In this document: one piece after another, positions 20,234-30,991 of the stretch
How positions within the stretch are numbered: the stretch's first letter is position 1
How the letters are laid out: each line of letters begins with the position of its first letter
Assembly: GCA_964565315.1 (NCBI GenBank)
Contig: CAZMEO010000001.1
Coordinates: forward strand, 1-45,743
From: an uncultured Candidatus Moduliflexus sp.
GTDB taxonomy: Bacteria; Moduliflexota; Moduliflexia; Moduliflexales; Moduliflexaceae
Reading direction: 5' to 3'
DNA length: 45,743 nucleotides
Notes under the pieces: model-generated
Databases searched by the model: none
Told to the model about the DNA's origin: nothing
The model's input: the letters and a program-made list of their open reading frames with translations, nothing else
Position numbers and translations under genes: made by a program

Positions 20234-20770
20234 TTACGCTGCGGTCTTTCCTTCTTTCTTGCGAATCACTTCATCGCTATAGCGAATCCCTTTTCCTTTG
20301 TAAGGCTCAGGTTTTCTAATTTTTCTAATATCTGCCGCAACCTGTCCGACTCGTTGCTTATCAATGCCTTTAACAATAATTTTATTCGTGCCTTCGACAT
20401 CAAGCGTGATGCCTTCAGGAGCAGGCACATCCACTGGATGAGAGTATCCCACCGCCAGAGTAATCCCTGTTCCTTCTTTTTTTGCGCGATACCCAATACC
20501 GACGATTTCTAACGTCCGGGTAAATCCGACAGACACGCCGATCACCATATTATTGACTAACGAACGCACTAACCCATGTAATGCGCGATGACGTTTCTGG
20601 TCGGTCGCACGCGCCACAACAAGCTTCGAATCTTCAGTATTCACAGAAATTCCAGATGGGATGGCGTATGTCAATACGCCTAATTTCCCTTTGACGGTCA
20701 ACGTGTCCTGTTGCAGGCTCACTTCCACGCCTTTGGGAATTTCAATTGGTTTTTTTCCTATTCGTGACAT
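20234..20770 (-). CDS. rplF: 50S ribosomal protein L6
   Basis: MSRIGKKPIEIPKGVEVSLQQDTLTVKGKLG... Confidence 0.97.
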   Translation of the reverse strand: MSRIGKKPIEIPKGVEVSLQQDTLTVKGKLGVLTYAIPSGISVNTEDSKLVVARATDQKRHRALHGLVRSLVNNMVIGVSVGFTRTLEIVGIGYRAKKEGTGITLAVGYSHPVDVPAPEGITLDVEGTNKIIVKGIDKQRVGQVAADIRKIRKPEPYKGKGIRYSDEVIRKKEGKTAA

Positions 20771-20832
20771 GCGTTACAACCTCATGCGTAATGCAGCGCC
20801 TCCATGAGGGCCCATTACGAATTACAGCATTC

Positions 20833-21216
20833 TTACCACACCGTGCATAACACTTCGCCGCCAACATTCGCCAGACGAGCTTCTCGGTCAGTCAACACCC
20901 CTTTAGACGTTGACACAATCGCAATTCCAAGACCATTCAACACTTTTGGTAAATCATACTTGGAACGGTACACTCGACATCCAGGCTTGCTCACGCGTTT
21001 AATCTCGGTAATAACACGCGCCCCTTTTTCTGCAAACTTCAATTGAATATGCAACACGCGATCTTCCTGAGAATAATCTTGAATGAATCCTTCAGTTTTC
21101 AGGATGCGAAGCACCTCGGCTTTCAATTTCGAATAGGGCGCAACAATCTGAACTTTGCCAGCCATATTCGCATTCCGAATTCGCGTGAGTAAATCAGCAA
21201 TAGGATCTGTCATCAT
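20833..21216 (-). CDS. rpsH: 30S ribosomal protein S8
   Basis: [20 protein letters not shown]...[33 protein letters not shown]. Confidence 0.97.
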   Translation of the reverse strand: MMTDPIADLLTRIRNANMAGKVQIVAPYSKLKAEVLRILKTEGFIQDYSQEDRVLHIQLKFAEKGARVITEIKRVSKPGCRVYRSKYDLPKVLNGLGIAIVSTSKGVLTDREARLANVGGEVLCTVW

Positions 21217-21234
21217 AATCGTTGTCCTCTCTCC

Positions 21235-21420
21235 TTACCAACTTGATTTCGTAACGCCGGGAATTTCACCCCGCGATGCTAACTGGCGAAAACAAATACG
21301 GCACATTCCAAATTTTCGAAGATATCCGCGCGGGCGGCCACAAATCCGGCAGCGATGATACCCGCGAACCTGAAATTTCTGAGGACCTTGTTGCTTCAAA
21401 ATCATTGACTTCTTAGCCAC
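21235..21420 (-). CDS. rpsN: 30S ribosomal protein S14, type Z (zinc-binding, 61 aa)
   Basis: [11 protein letters not shown]...[38 protein letters not shown], with CxxC-12-CxxC. Confidence 0.96.
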   Translation of the reverse strand: MAKKSMILKQQGPQKFQVRGYHRCRICGRPRGYLRKFGMCRICFRQLASRGEIPGVTKSSW

Positions 21421-21447
21421 GTTCAGTTTCCCTCCCTCTATGCCCTG

Positions 21448-21990
21448 TTAACGGCTGAATGGCATCCCAAGTTCTTTTAACAGGTAATATCCTTCTTCAT
21501 CATTTCTTGCAGTGGTTACAATGGCAACACTCAATCCGCGCAGTTTGTCAACTTTATCATAATCGATTTCTGGAAAGATCATCTGCTCACGCACGCCAAG
21601 CGTATAATTTCCCCGGCCATCAAACGCCTTCGGGGATACGCCTTTAAAGTCGCGCACACGCGGAAGCGCCACATTCATCAATCGTTCCAAAAATTCGTAC
21701 ATTCGATCTTTTCTGAGCGTCACCATGCAGCCTATTGGCATCCCTGCCCGCAATTTGAAGGTGGCAATGGATTTGCGTGCCTTTGTAATCATGGGCTTCT
21801 GCCCTGTAATCGCGCTCAATTCTTCAACGGCCTTATCCAGCACTTTCGCATCGGCAACAGCCTCTCCCATTCCCATATTCACAACGATTTTTTCAATCCG
21901 CGGGACGGCCATAACACTGGTATAATTAAAACGTTTTTTCAATGCGGCGATTACTTCGTTTTCGTATTTGACTTTTAAGTTTGCTGCCAT
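21448..21990 (-). CDS. rplE: 50S ribosomal protein L5
   Basis: [16 protein letters not shown]...[33 protein letters not shown]. Confidence 0.97.
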   Translation of the reverse strand: MAANLKVKYENEVIAALKKRFNYTSVMAVPRIEKIVVNMGMGEAVADAKVLDKAVEELSAITGQKPMITKARKSIATFKLRAGMPIGCMVTLRKDRMYEFLERLMNVALPRVRDFKGVSPKAFDGRGNYTLGVREQMIFPEIDYDKVDKLRGLSVAIVTTARNDEEGYYLLKELGMPFSR

Positions 21991-22051
21991 GTTTCGTTTT
22001 CACTTCGGACGATTGTTGATTGTCTTCGCAATCGGCAATCCTCTGTGCGTG

Positions 22052-22381
22052 TTATCTGTCAACGACTTCTCCACATTTTTTGCAACATCTGACTTTCGAA
22101 CCGTCTTCTAAAAACTTTTTGGCAATGCGCGTGGCCTGTTTGCAACTGGGGCATACTAACATCACATTCGAGATATGAATCGTGCCCTCACGTTCGATGA
22201 TTCCGCCCCCTTGTCCCTGAGAACGACGTTTCGTATGCTTTTTAATCATATTCAGGTGTTCAATAATCACCCGATTTTTCTCAGGATAGGCTTTCAAAAT
22301 TTTTCCGGTTTTCCCTTTTTCTTTTCCAGAGATCACCTTGACCACATCATTTCTTTTCACATGAAGCTTTGGCTTTGACAT
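22052..22381 (-). CDS. rplX: 50S ribosomal protein L24 (Cys4 C-terminal variant)
   Basis: [32 protein letters not shown] (KOW motif). ATG 22381 has a GAGGAG SD. The C-terminus carries CPSC...CKKC. Confidence 0.95.
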   Translation of the reverse strand: MSKPKLHVKRNDVVKVISGKEKGKTGKILKAYPEKNRVIIEHLNMIKKHTKRRSQGQGGGIIEREGTIHISNVMLVCPSCKQATRIAKKFLEDGSKVRCCKKCGEVVDR

Positions 22382-22420
22382 TGCTCTCACTCCTCTACAG
22401 GCCAGGTCATTTCTTGACAA

Positions 22421-22789
22421 CTACAGCACTTCCGGCGCAAGTGACACGATTTTCATAAAAGCCTTATCACGGAGTTCCCTTGCGACTGGCCCAAAAATAC
22501 GAGTTCCTATCGGTTCATTTTGGTTATTCAGCAGCACAGCGGCATTATGATCGAACTTAATATATGACCCGTCATTTCTCCGCTGTTCTTTCGTTGTCCG
22601 CACCACCACGGCGCGCACCACATCTTTTTTCTTCACATTTCCCCCTGGCGAGGCTTCTTTCACGGAAGCAATAATTAAATCGCCCAGTCGGGCATATTTC
22701 CGTTTTGATCCCCCAAGGACTTTAATACACTGGACTTTTTTGGCCCCTGAATTATCAATAACGTCTAAAATCGTCTGCATCTGTATCAT
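22421..22789 (-). CDS. rplN: 50S ribosomal protein L14
   Basis: [33 protein letters not shown]... Confidence 0.97.
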   Translation of the reverse strand: MIQMQTILDVIDNSGAKKVQCIKVLGGSKRKYARLGDLIIASVKEASPGGNVKKKDVVRAVVVRTTKEQRRNDGSYIKFDHNAAVLLNNQNEPIGTRIFGPVARELRDKAFMKIVSLAPEVL

Positions 22790-22840
22790 GATCGATCACC
22801 CTATTTTACCCAAGAAAGGACGTGCAAACCGTGTTGAGTC

Positions 22841-23107
22841 TCACACGTCTGCTTTTCTGACAATCTCGGTCACTCGCCAACGCTTCTCTTTGCTCAAAGG
22901 CCGGGTTTCAACGATCTCCACGAGATCGCCAACATTGCATTGATTCAGTTCATCATGCGCTTTGAATTTTTTCGCGGACTTGATGACCCGATGATATTGG
23001 GGATGCCGTGTCAAACGTTCAATCCGAACAACAACTGTCTTATCCATTTTATTGCTGACCACGACGCCCTGGCGAGTTTTGCGCTGCGCTTGCGTTTGTT
23101 GCGCCAT
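22841..23107 (-). CDS. rpsQ: 30S ribosomal protein S17
   Basis: [45 protein letters not shown]..., starting at ATG 23107. Confidence 0.96.
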   Translation of the reverse strand: MAQQTQAQRKTRQGVVVSNKMDKTVVVRIERLTRHPQYHRVIKSAKKFKAHDELNQCNVGDLVEIVETRPLSKEKRWRVTEIVRKADV

Positions 23108-23181
23108 ATTAAAAACCCCCTTCAACTTGTCAATAAATTTCCTTCAACAGAATGTCCTCAACAAAACCACGTTGCTGAAAA

Positions 23182-23382
23182 TTATCCATTCTGCAATTCC
23201 TTTTCTCGGCGCACAGTTTTCACTCTCGCCAAATTTTTGCGAACATTTCGTAAAATTTGAGGGTTTTCTGCGATTCCTGCCGCAATTTGAAACCGGAGAT
23301 TGAATACTTCTTCCGTTAAGTCGCGTTCCCGACTTTCCAATTCTTCAGGAGCCATATCTCGAAGTTCTTTTGCTTTGTTCAT
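23182..23382 (-). CDS. rpmC: 50S ribosomal protein L29
   Basis: [29 protein letters not shown]... Its start overlaps the rplP stop (ATGA). Confidence 0.95.
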   Translation of the reverse strand: MNKAKELRDMAPEELESRERDLTEEVFNLRFQIAAGIAENPQILRNVRKNLARVKTVRREKELQNG

Positions 23383-23798
23383 TGTGGCAATACCCCTCTT
23401 TCAATGAATTTCGTTTTGATCGGCAATTTATGAGCTGCCAAGCGAAACGCTTCACGAGCCAATTCTTCCGGAACACCTTCCATTTCATACATCACCCGTC
23501 CCGGTTTTACAACACACACCCAATGATCAGGCCCGCCTTTTCCTTTTCCCATTCGAGTTTCGGCAGGCTTTTTCGTCACAGGTTTATCAGGAAAAATCCG
23601 GATCCAAACACGCCCGGCACGTTTGATCTTTCTGGTCATGGAAATACGCGCAGCTTCAATTTGACGATCTGTCACATATCCCACTTCCAAGGCTTGCAGG
23701 CCATATTGCCCAAAATTGACTTCGCAGCCGCGATAGGCTTTTCCTTTCATGCGCCCACGCTGCTGCTTGCGATATTTTACCTTTTTAGGCATTAACAT
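23379..23798 (-). CDS. rplP: 50S ribosomal protein L16
   Basis: [24 protein letters not shown]... Confidence 0.97.
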   Translation of the reverse strand: MLMPKKVKYRKQQRGRMKGKAYRGCEVNFGQYGLQALEVGYVTDRQIEAARISMTRKIKRAGRVWIRIFPDKPVTKKPAETRMGKGKGGPDHWVCVVKPGRVMYEMEGVPEELAREAFRLAAHKLPIKTKFIERGVLPQ

Positions 23799-23923
23799 AA
23801 TACGACACCTTCTCTTCTTCCATAACTAAAGCAATAAGAAGACATAGCTCTTCCCTCTGAGGCTTGTTAGAAACCTCAGTTTTCACTTTAGCTCTTCGAT
23901 AATATTCTCAGTAGATGAGGGAA

Positions 23924-24586
23924 TTATGAGGTCGGATTGACAGGAGTGGATTGATGGCCATGGCCGAGTACCTCTCCTTTGAAAATCCAGACTTTAATAC
24001 CAATTGCCCCGTATGTCGTCCTGGCTTCCGTGAAGCCGTAATCAATGTCGGCACGCAACGTATGCAATGGCACACGACCTTCGCGATACCACTCCGTTCG
24101 AGCCATTTCCGCGCCGCCAAGCCGACCAGAACACGTAATACGAATTCCTTCTGCCCCAAAACGAAGCGCCGTCGTCACACTACGTTTCATCGCACGACGA
24201 AACGCTACACGCCGTTCTAATTGAAGCGCAACATTTTCCGCGACTAATTGAGCGTCAACTTCTGCTTTTCTCACCTCGAAAATATTGACATGAATATCGC
24301 GGTCAGTAATTTGCTGTAATTTCTTTTTTAATTGATCGACTTCTGCGCCTCGTCGCCCAATTAAAATGCCAGGCCGAGAGGTATGAATATTGATCGTTGT
24401 TTTTTCAGCAGCGCGTTCAACTTCTATGCGAGAGATTCCAGCATGAAAGAATGTCTTTTTGACAAACTTTTTAATTTTCAAATCCTCATGCAAAAAATCA
24501 GCATAGTTCTTTTCTGCATACCATCGAGATTGCCAGGTTTTGTTGATCCCCAATCGGATACCTATTGGATTAACTTTCTGTCCCAA
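23924..24586 (-). CDS. rpsC: 30S ribosomal protein S3
   Basis: (M)[23 protein letters not shown]..., TTG start with a GGAGGAG SD. Confidence 0.97.
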   Translation of the reverse strand: MGQKVNPIGIRLGINKTWQSRWYAEKNYADFLHEDLKIKKFVKKTFFHAGISRIEVERAAEKTTINIHTSRPGILIGRRGAEVDQLKKKLQQITDRDIHVNIFEVRKAEVDAQLVAENVALQLERRVAFRRAMKRSVTTALRFGAEGIRITCSGRLGGAEMARTEWYREGRVPLHTLRADIDYGFTEARTTYGAIGIKVWIFKGEVLGHGHQSTPVNPTS

Positions 24587-24683
24587 GCTCGCTCCTCCAC
24601 GTCAAACACTCTGACGTTTCGCCTCATAACAGCACAGCAACCAAAGGGCGATTTCCCTCTGCCTCAGCCCTGTTATGCGCCTA

Positions 24684-25022
24684 TTACAATTTTTCATCCA
24701 AAATGATCGTGATATGACTTGTTCGTTTTAGAATCTTTGTTGCCCGCCCCATTGCACGAGGGGTAAAACGCTTCATCGTCGGGCCTTGATCGACATACGC
24801 TTCTTTAATATAGAGAGCATCCACATCGCTCACGCCTTCATTATGCTCGGCATTTGCCACGCCAGAGCGCACCAACGCTTCGATGGTTTTTGCAATCGTC
24901 TTCGGGGAATGCTGCAAAATATCCAGGGCATCCTGTACATACTTCCCGCGAATCAAATCGATTACTAATCGCGCTTTGCGTGGAGCCACTCGTATATATC
25001 GTCCTACAGACTTCGCCGCCAT
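24684..25022 (-). CDS. rplV: 50S ribosomal protein L22
   Basis: YIRVAPRKARLVIDLIRGKYVQDALDIL...AYVDQGPTMKRFTPRAMGRA. Confidence 0.97.
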   Translation of the reverse strand: MAAKSVGRYIRVAPRKARLVIDLIRGKYVQDALDILQHSPKTIAKTIEALVRSGVANAEHNEGVSDVDALYIKEAYVDQGPTMKRFTPRAMGRATKILKRTSHITIILDEKL

Positions 25023-25059
25023 ACTTCTCTCCTCTTAACGAAAGACTCTGTGACCGTTT

Positions 25060-25341
25060 TTACTTTTTCGCAGTCGTCTTTTCGGTTTTTCCATGTCCTC
25101 GATATGTCCGTGTCGGGGAAAACTCTCCTAATTTATGCCCGACCATATTTTCGGTCACATATACAGGGATAAAACGTTTTCCATTATGCACAGCAAACGT
25201 ATGAGAAATAAAATCCGGCAAAATCGTCGAACGACGCGACCAGGTTTTAATCACTTTTTTATCCCCCTGCATATTCATACTCTGAACTTTTTTGAGCAAA
25301 CTTTCATCAACAAAGGGTCCTTTTTTTACCGATCTTGGCAT
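25060..25341 (-). CDS. rpsS: 30S ribosomal protein S19
   Basis: [19 protein letters not shown]...[32 protein letters not shown]. Confidence 0.97.
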   Translation of the reverse strand: MPRSVKKGPFVDESLLKKVQSMNMQGDKKVIKTWSRRSTILPDFISHTFAVHNGKRFIPVYVTENMVGHKLGEFSPTRTYRGHGKTEKTTAKK

Positions 25342-25402
25342 ATCATACCTCATAAAGGGGCGAACAGGCGTTTTTTCCCCGCCTCGCCCCTATATACTGA
25401 AC

Positions 25403-26233
25403 TTAACTCGCGTTCCGTTTACGAACAATATATTCATCAGAAGGCTTGCGTTTCTTCCGGGTTTTATAGCCTTTGGTCGGCTGTCCCCACGGCGTCACAG
25501 GATGACGTCCGCCAGAAGTTCGCCCTTCACCGCCGCCATGCGGATGATCGACAGGGTTCATTGCCACGCCACGCACTTTCGGACGCCTGCCAAGCCAACG
25601 AGACCGCCCCGCTTTTCCAATTGAAATATTTGCATGATCTGCATTACCGACAACACCAATCGTTGCCATGCAATTTAACAAGACCAGCCGCACTTCTCCC
25701 GAAGGAAGGCGCACGTGCGCATATTCCCCTTCTTTTGCCATAATAACCGCACTTGTGCCAGCGCTTCGCACAATCTGCCCACCCTTGCCAATCTTTAATT
25801 CAATATTATGAATGGGAGTTCCAAGCGGAATATTTCGCAATGGAAGCGAATTTCCAGTTTGAATATCTGCGGAAGGGCCAGACACAACTATTGTTCCGAC
25901 AGTTAATCCCTCTGGGGCAAGGATATAACGTTTTTCGCCATCTCGATAATGCAATAACGCGATCCGAGCTGAACGATTCGGATCATACTCAATAGTGGCG
26001 ACCTTAGCAGGAACACCTTGTTTATTGCGCTTAAAATCAATGATTCGATAAAATTGTTTATGTCCGCCGCCGATATGGCGAGCAGTCACTCGTCCCTGAT
26101 TATTTCGTCCGCCGGTTTTTTTAAGAATAACGGTCAAACTCGGCTCAGGGCGCGACGCCGTGATCTCTTCAAATGTCGAAACTGTCTGAAACCGTCTTCC
26201 AGGCGAAGTTGGTTTATATTTTTGGGTTGCCAT
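25403..26233 (-). CDS. rplB: 50S ribosomal protein L2
   Basis: [25 protein letters not shown]...[26 protein letters not shown]. Confidence 0.97.
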   Translation of the reverse strand: MATQKYKPTSPGRRFQTVSTFEEITASRPEPSLTVILKKTGGRNNQGRVTARHIGGGHKQFYRIIDFKRNKQGVPAKVATIEYDPNRSARIALLHYRDGEKRYILAPEGLTVGTIVVSGPSADIQTGNSLPLRNIPLGTPIHNIELKIGKGGQIVRSAGTSAVIMAKEGEYAHVRLPSGEVRLVLLNCMATIGVVGNADHANISIGKAGRSRWLGRRPKVRGVAMNPVDHPHGGGEGRTSGGRHPVTPWGQPTKGYKTRKKRKPSDEYIVRKRNAS

Positions 26234-26300
26234 AACACGCTCGTGACAATCGACCATCAACAACTGCATCTACCAGTTGCCAATCGCCCACCGCCTTCGT

Positions 26301-26585
26301 CTAACTCCAAATAGGAATAGTGTCGCCCTCTTTCAAGGTCACAATCGCTTTTTTCCAATCAGGGCGTCTTCCCTCGCTTTTCCCTCGCCGTTTTACCTTG
26401 CCATGCATGCGTAACGTATTGACGCTGAGGACCTTGACACCAAAAATTTTTTCTACCGCCTGCCGAATTTCGATCTTATTTGCGGTCAATTCAACTTCAA
26501 AAGCATATTGATTGAACTTATCTTTCAAGCGGTCGCATTTTTCCGTAAATAACGGTCGTTTGAGAACATCATACATATTTTTCAT
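26301..26585 (-). CDS. rplW: 50S ribosomal protein L23
   Basis: YDVLKRPLFTEKCDRLKDKFNQYAFEV...KKAIVTLKEGDTI. Overlaps the rplD stop by 4 nt. Confidence 0.96.
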   Translation of the reverse strand: MKNMYDVLKRPLFTEKCDRLKDKFNQYAFEVELTANKIEIRQAVEKIFGVKVLSVNTLRMHGKVKRRGKSEGRRPDWKKAIVTLKEGDTIPIWS

Positions 26586-27253
26586 TGCGCCAATACCCCT
26601 TCGATAATAGACAAACCTGCCTTATCGACAATAAGGTAATCATATTGCAATGCTGCATACACATTCAAATTCTCAGCATGCAACACGCGGACTTTCGGAA
26701 TATTTCTCCCCGAAAGCCATGCGGCCTCCGTCCAATCACCAAGCGCAATTGCCACACTTGGAGCTTCCGCAGCAATCAGCGTTTTTACAATCGCGGACAT
26801 CCGTTTTGTGCTTGGTTTCTCAAAAGCGAGTTGATTGACGACAATCAACTTCGATTCCTGCACTTTTGAGGTTAAAACAGACCGCATAGCGGCTTTGCGC
26901 ATTTTTTTCGGAATAGAGAATGAATAATCTCGCGGCTTCGGCCCAAACACAATCCCGCCACCTCGCCACAATGGAGAACGACTCGTTCCAGAACGCGCAT
27001 TTCCGGTACCTTTTTGTCTCCAGGGTTTCTTCCCGCCGCCGCTCACCTCAGATCGTCCTTTGGTTGAAGCAGTCCCACGACGACGTGCCGCAAGCTGAGA
27101 GCGTACAACCTGATACACCGCATGTTCTTTAATCGGCGCATCAAAAATACTCTCCTGCAACTGAACATCTTCTACCTTGGCATTTTCTGCCGTCACAACG
27201 CTTACTGTTGCCACAATTCGACAAAGTACAAAGCTCAGAATACAGAAAGACAC
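26582..27253 (-). CDS. rplD: 50S ribosomal protein L4
   Basis: [67 protein letters not shown]. The start is uncertain: GTG 27253, 27214 or 27196, none with a clear SD. The first ~13-19 listed residues are hydrophobic and not L4-like. Confidence 0.93.
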   Translation of the reverse strand: MSFCILSFVLCRIVATVSVVTAENAKVEDVQLQESIFDAPIKEHAVYQVVRSQLAARRRGTASTKGRSEVSGGGKKPWRQKGTGNARSGTSRSPLWRGGGIVFGPKPRDYSFSIPKKMRKAAMRSVLTSKVQESKLIVVNQLAFEKPSTKRMSAIVKTLIAAEAPSVAIALGDWTEAAWLSGRNIPKVRVLHAENLNVYAALQYDYLIVDKAGLSIIEGVLAQ

Positions 27254-27277
27254 GCTTTTGCTTCTGATGCCCGACTT

Positions 27278-27586
27278 CTATAATTTGATCTTCACATCCA
27301 CTCCAGCCGGGAGATCCAGTCGCATCAATGCATCTACTGTCTGCGGAGTCGGCTCAAGAATATCAATAATCCGCTTATGCGTTCGCATTTCGAATTGCTC
27401 ACGCGATTTTTTATCAATATGCGGAGAGCGCAAAACAGTGTACCGACTAATACGAGTAGGCAATGGAATCGGCCCAACCACTCGAGACCCCGTATTCTGG
27501 GCGGTTGATACAATCTCTGTCACTGATTGATCAAGCAACTGATGATCATATCCCTTTAAACATATTCTAATGTTCTGATTCGCCAT
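27278..27586 (-). CDS. rpsJ: 30S ribosomal protein S10
   Basis: [76 protein letters not shown]... Confidence 0.97.
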   Translation of the reverse strand: MANQNIRICLKGYDHQLLDQSVTEIVSTAQNTGSRVVGPIPLPTRISRYTVLRSPHIDKKSREQFEMRTHKRIIDILEPTPQTVDALMRLDLPAGVDVKIKL

Positions 27587-27668
27587 AATACCTGTCACTC
27601 AACACGTTAAAATTCACCAACAATATCTTCCGAACCAATACAGCGCGACACACCCACCGGCAACTCTC

Positions 27669-27741
27669 CCTATAAAATCGCGAAAAGTTCCTTCAAAAAG
27701 GCAGTAGTGGGCGTACTATTGAAGCCGTTCAATAATGTCAA
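27669..27741 (-). promoter_or_regulatory. Weak candidate promoter(s) in the S10-operon leader
   Basis: The minus strand reads TTGACA-17-TAGTAC (27741-27713) and TTGAAG-16-TATAGG (27696-27669). Both -10 elements are poor matches. Confidence 0.25.
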
Positions 27742-27811
27742 CAACTTTTTACACTTTTTTCAAAAGATTCTACGCCGTCTGACATCGCATTTGAGCGGTT
27801 TCATCTTTGAG

Positions 27812-28221
27812 CTACTCAATAATTTCAGCGACGACGCCTGCGCCTACCGTGCACCCGCCCTCGTGAATGGCAAACCGCAGCTCTTTCTCCATTGCAACCG
27901 GCGCAATTAACTTGACCGTAATCGTCACCGTATCTCCCGGCATCACCATCTCCACGCCCGCCGGTAAATCCATCGATCCGGTCACGTCGGTCGTCCGGAA
28001 ATAAAACTGCGGACGATCCCCATTGAAGAACGGGGTATGCCACCCCCCTCTTCTTTCGACAAGACGTAAATCTCGCCTTTGAACTTCGTATGCGGCGTAA
28101 TGCTTTTCGGCTGCGCAACACCTGGGCGCGCTCCACATCTTCTCGTTTAATCCGGCGCAGCAGCACCCCGATATTATCCGCCCGCCTGCGCCTCATCTAA
28201 CAGTTTGCGGAACATTTCCAC
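27812..28221 (-). pseudogene. tuf: EF-Tu (tuf) pseudogene: 3'-terminal one-third only, with frameshifts
   Basis: This stretch aligns base for base with the intact tuf at 44821-45231, at roughly 80 percent identity by eye. It covers [14 protein letters not shown]...VVAEIIE plus the stop. There are three 1-nt indels relative to the intact copy, near 28045 (G-run), 28117 and 28176. Homology stops abruptly at 28221, 35 nt after the fusA stop. Confidence 0.9.
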
Positions 28222-28255
28222 ATTTCAATGACCATTTAAAGAAACTCAACATCGT

Positions 28256-30334
28256 CTAAGATTTGCCACTCACAACCGCTTCTTTGATGTGTTGAGGCAC
28301 TTCCTCATAATGAGAAAATTCCATTGACGACGTCGCACGCCCCTGGGTCATTGACCGCAAATCAGTCGTATAACCAAACATTTCAGCTAATGGAACATTG
28401 GCGGTAACAATCTGCGACCCTGTGCGCGCTTCCATATTGAGAATCTTTCCGCGCCGAGAGTTCAAGCTGCCAATGACATCGCCTAAATATTCTTCTGGCA
28501 ATACAACTTCAACCTTGACAATCGGTTCTAACAGATTGCTCCCAGCTTCACGCAAGGCTTCGCGAAATCCCATCGAACCAGCAATTTTAAAGGCCATTTC
28601 CGAAGAATCAACGGCATGGAAAGACCCGTCATACAATTCCACCGCAAAATCAACGACCGGAAAACCGACTAATTCGCCGTTTTCTGCAGCCTCTCGAATT
28701 CCCTGTTCAACCGCAGGAATGTATTCTTTGGGAATAACGCCACCCACGATTTTATTTTCAAATTGAAAACCCGCATTCCGTTCCAATGGCCGGACGCGAA
28801 TTTTGACATGGCCATATTGACCACGCCCACCGCTCTGACGCACGAATCGCCCTTCGGTAGCAACTGCCCGCGCAATGGTTTCTTTGTACGCGACTTGCGG
28901 CTTACCGACATTCGCAGCGACATTAAATTCTCGCACCAGACGATCAACAATAATCTCTAAATGCAACTCCCCCATTCCAGAAATCAGGGTTTGTCCAGTA
29001 TCATTATTAAATCTGGTTTGGAACGTGGGGTCTTCGTGAGCTAATTTTCCTAAACTTACCGCTAATTTTTCCTGATCGGATTTTGTTTTCGGCTCAATCG
29101 CCACAGAGATGACTGGCTCCGGAAAGACAATCGATTCTAACAAAATCGGAGATTTTTCATCTGATAGCGAATCCCCTGTTGTCGAATATTTCAAGCCAAC
29201 GGCAGCCACAATGTCTCCGGCGCCTGCGGCGTCAATTTCTTCGCGCTTGTTGGCATGCATTCTGAGCAATCGACCAATCCGCTCACGCTTATCTTTGGTG
29301 GAGTTATACGCATACGATCCAGCGCTTAACACGCCTGAATAGGTTCGAATAAATGTCAATTGCCCGACATAGGGGTCATTCATTACCTTGAACGCTAATG
29401 CCGACAACGGCTCATCATCGCTGGCTGTTCGTAACTCTTCCTCTCCTGTTTTCGGATTATTTCCTTTGATCGCCTCAACATCTACCGGAGATGGCAAATA
29501 ATGCACAACAGCATCCAACAGCGCCTGAACTCCTTTATTTTTAAAGGCCGTCCCGCAAACAACTGGAACAATTTTGTTTTTGACGGTCAATTCCCGCAAG
29601 GCCAGCATAATCACCTCTTCTGGCACAGGTTGACCTTCTAAATACCGTTCAAGAATTCCATGACTTCCATCGCCGTCAATTGCTTCGAACATCGCTTCTC
29701 GATAGCTTTCTGCTTGTTCTTGAAGTTCTGCCGGAATCTCTTCTTCATGAAAAACTGATCCAAGAGATTCCTCCTCATAGATTCGCAGTTTCATGCGAAC
29801 CAAATCGATGATACCTGCAAAGTCTTCGGCTTGTCCATACGGAATTTGAATCGGAACAATAACCGATCCGAGCCGCTCTTTCATCATTTTCACGACGTGA
29901 AAAAAATCTGCGCCGACTCGATCCATTTTATTCACAAAGGCAATTCGCGGAACATTATATTTGTCCGCTTGCCGCCAGACCGTTTCCGATTGGGGCTGAA
30001 CGCCTCCAACTGCGCAAAACACGCCGACGGCTCCATCCAAAACACGCAACGACCGCTCGACTTCGACGGTAAAATCTACGTGTCCTGGCGTATCAATAAT
30101 ATTAATCTGATGGTCTAACCAAAAGCATGTGGTCGCAGCCGAGGTAATCGTAATCCCTCGTTCTTGTTCCTGCACCATCCAATCCATTGTGGCGGCGCCA
30201 TCATGCACTTCTCCGATTTTATAATTTCGACCGGTATAATACAGAATTCGCTCAGTCGTCGTTGTCTTTCCGGCGTCAATATGGGCAATAATTCCAATAT
30301 TCCGGCACTGTTTTAATGCAAATTTTCGATCCAA
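28256..30334 (-). CDS. fusA: Elongation factor G
   Basis: 692 aa, with [37 protein letters not shown] and domains III-V. TTG start. Confidence 0.97.
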   Translation of the reverse strand: MDRKFALKQCRNIGIIAHIDAGKTTTTERILYYTGRNYKIGEVHDGAATMDWMVQEQERGITITSAATTCFWLDHQINIIDTPGHVDFTVEVERSLRVLDGAVGVFCAVGGVQPQSETVWRQADKYNVPRIAFVNKMDRVGADFFHVVKMMKERLGSVIVPIQIPYGQAEDFAGIIDLVRMKLRIYEEESLGSVFHEEEIPAELQEQAESYREAMFEAIDGDGSHGILERYLEGQPVPEEVIMLALRELTVKNKIVPVVCGTAFKNKGVQALLDAVVHYLPSPVDVEAIKGNNPKTGEEELRTASDDEPLSALAFKVMNDPYVGQLTFIRTYSGVLSAGSYAYNSTKDKRERIGRLLRMHANKREEIDAAGAGDIVAAVGLKYSTTGDSLSDEKSPILLESIVFPEPVISVAIEPKTKSDQEKLAVSLGKLAHEDPTFQTRFNNDTGQTLISGMGELHLEIIVDRLVREFNVAANVGKPQVAYKETIARAVATEGRFVRQSGGRGQYGHVKIRVRPLERNAGFQFENKIVGGVIPKEYIPAVEQGIREAAENGELVGFPVVDFAVELYDGSFHAVDSSEMAFKIAGSMGFREALREAGSNLLEPIVKVEVVLPEEYLGDVIGSLNSRRGKILNMEARTGSQIVTANVPLAEMFGYTTDLRSMTQGRATSSMEFSHYEEVPQHIKEAVVSGKS

Positions 30335-30403
30335 GGTTTTTCTGAGTAAAAAGATAATGAAACAGACAATTGGTCATTAACTCTCGCTCACCAAGATGAG
30401 TTA

Positions 30404-30877
30404 TTACCACCGAAAATGCGCAAAGGCTTTATTCGCTTCCGCCATTTTATGGGTGTCTTCACGTTTCTTAATAGCAGTGCCTCTATTATTCGCAGCATCC
30501 AGGAGTTCCATGGCTAATCGTTCTTGCATGGTTTTCTCCGAACGTCCGCGAGAGGCGTCAATAATCCACCGCATGCTCAACGTCGTCCGTCGAGTCGGGC
30601 GCACTTCTACCGGCACCTGATACGTCGACCCGCCAACTCGGCGAGACCGAATTTCAAGAATCGGTTTGGTATTCGATACCGCTTTATTAAATACCGCCAA
30701 CACATCGCGATTGCCTGTGCGATCACGAATCAAATCCAATGCTCCATAAAAAATATTTTCAGCAATACTTTTTTTGCCGTCATACATCAGCATATTGACA
30801 AATTTCGTCACTAATGCGCTATTAAATTTAGGATCCGGCAAAATCACTCGTTTATCTGCTAACGTCCGACGTGACAT
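30404..30877 (-). CDS. rpsG: 30S ribosomal protein S7
   Basis: [40 protein letters not shown]... Confidence 0.97.
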   Translation of the reverse strand: MSRRTLADKRVILPDPKFNSALVTKFVNMLMYDGKKSIAENIFYGALDLIRDRTGNRDVLAVFNKAVSNTKPILEIRSRRVGGSTYQVPVEVRPTRRTTLSMRWIIDASRGRSEKTMQERLAMELLDAANNRGTAIKKREDTHKMAEANKAFAHFRW

Positions 30878-30991
30878 ATTCTCTACTCTCCTCGTCACAA
30901 CATCTCGCCTGTCAGCGCCTTCTATTCAAGAGGCGGGACAAACGGGACGCCTGGGGCATCTTTGCAATCATTACATTGCTGTCAAATCTGG

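Noticed and set aside
27812-28196. ORFs 27812..28138- (108 aa) and 27825..28196- (123 aa) as possible small EF-Tu-domain proteins.
   Set aside because: They are two frames of one frameshifted tuf relic. Neither has a start context, and the upstream parts of both translations are out-of-frame nonsense.
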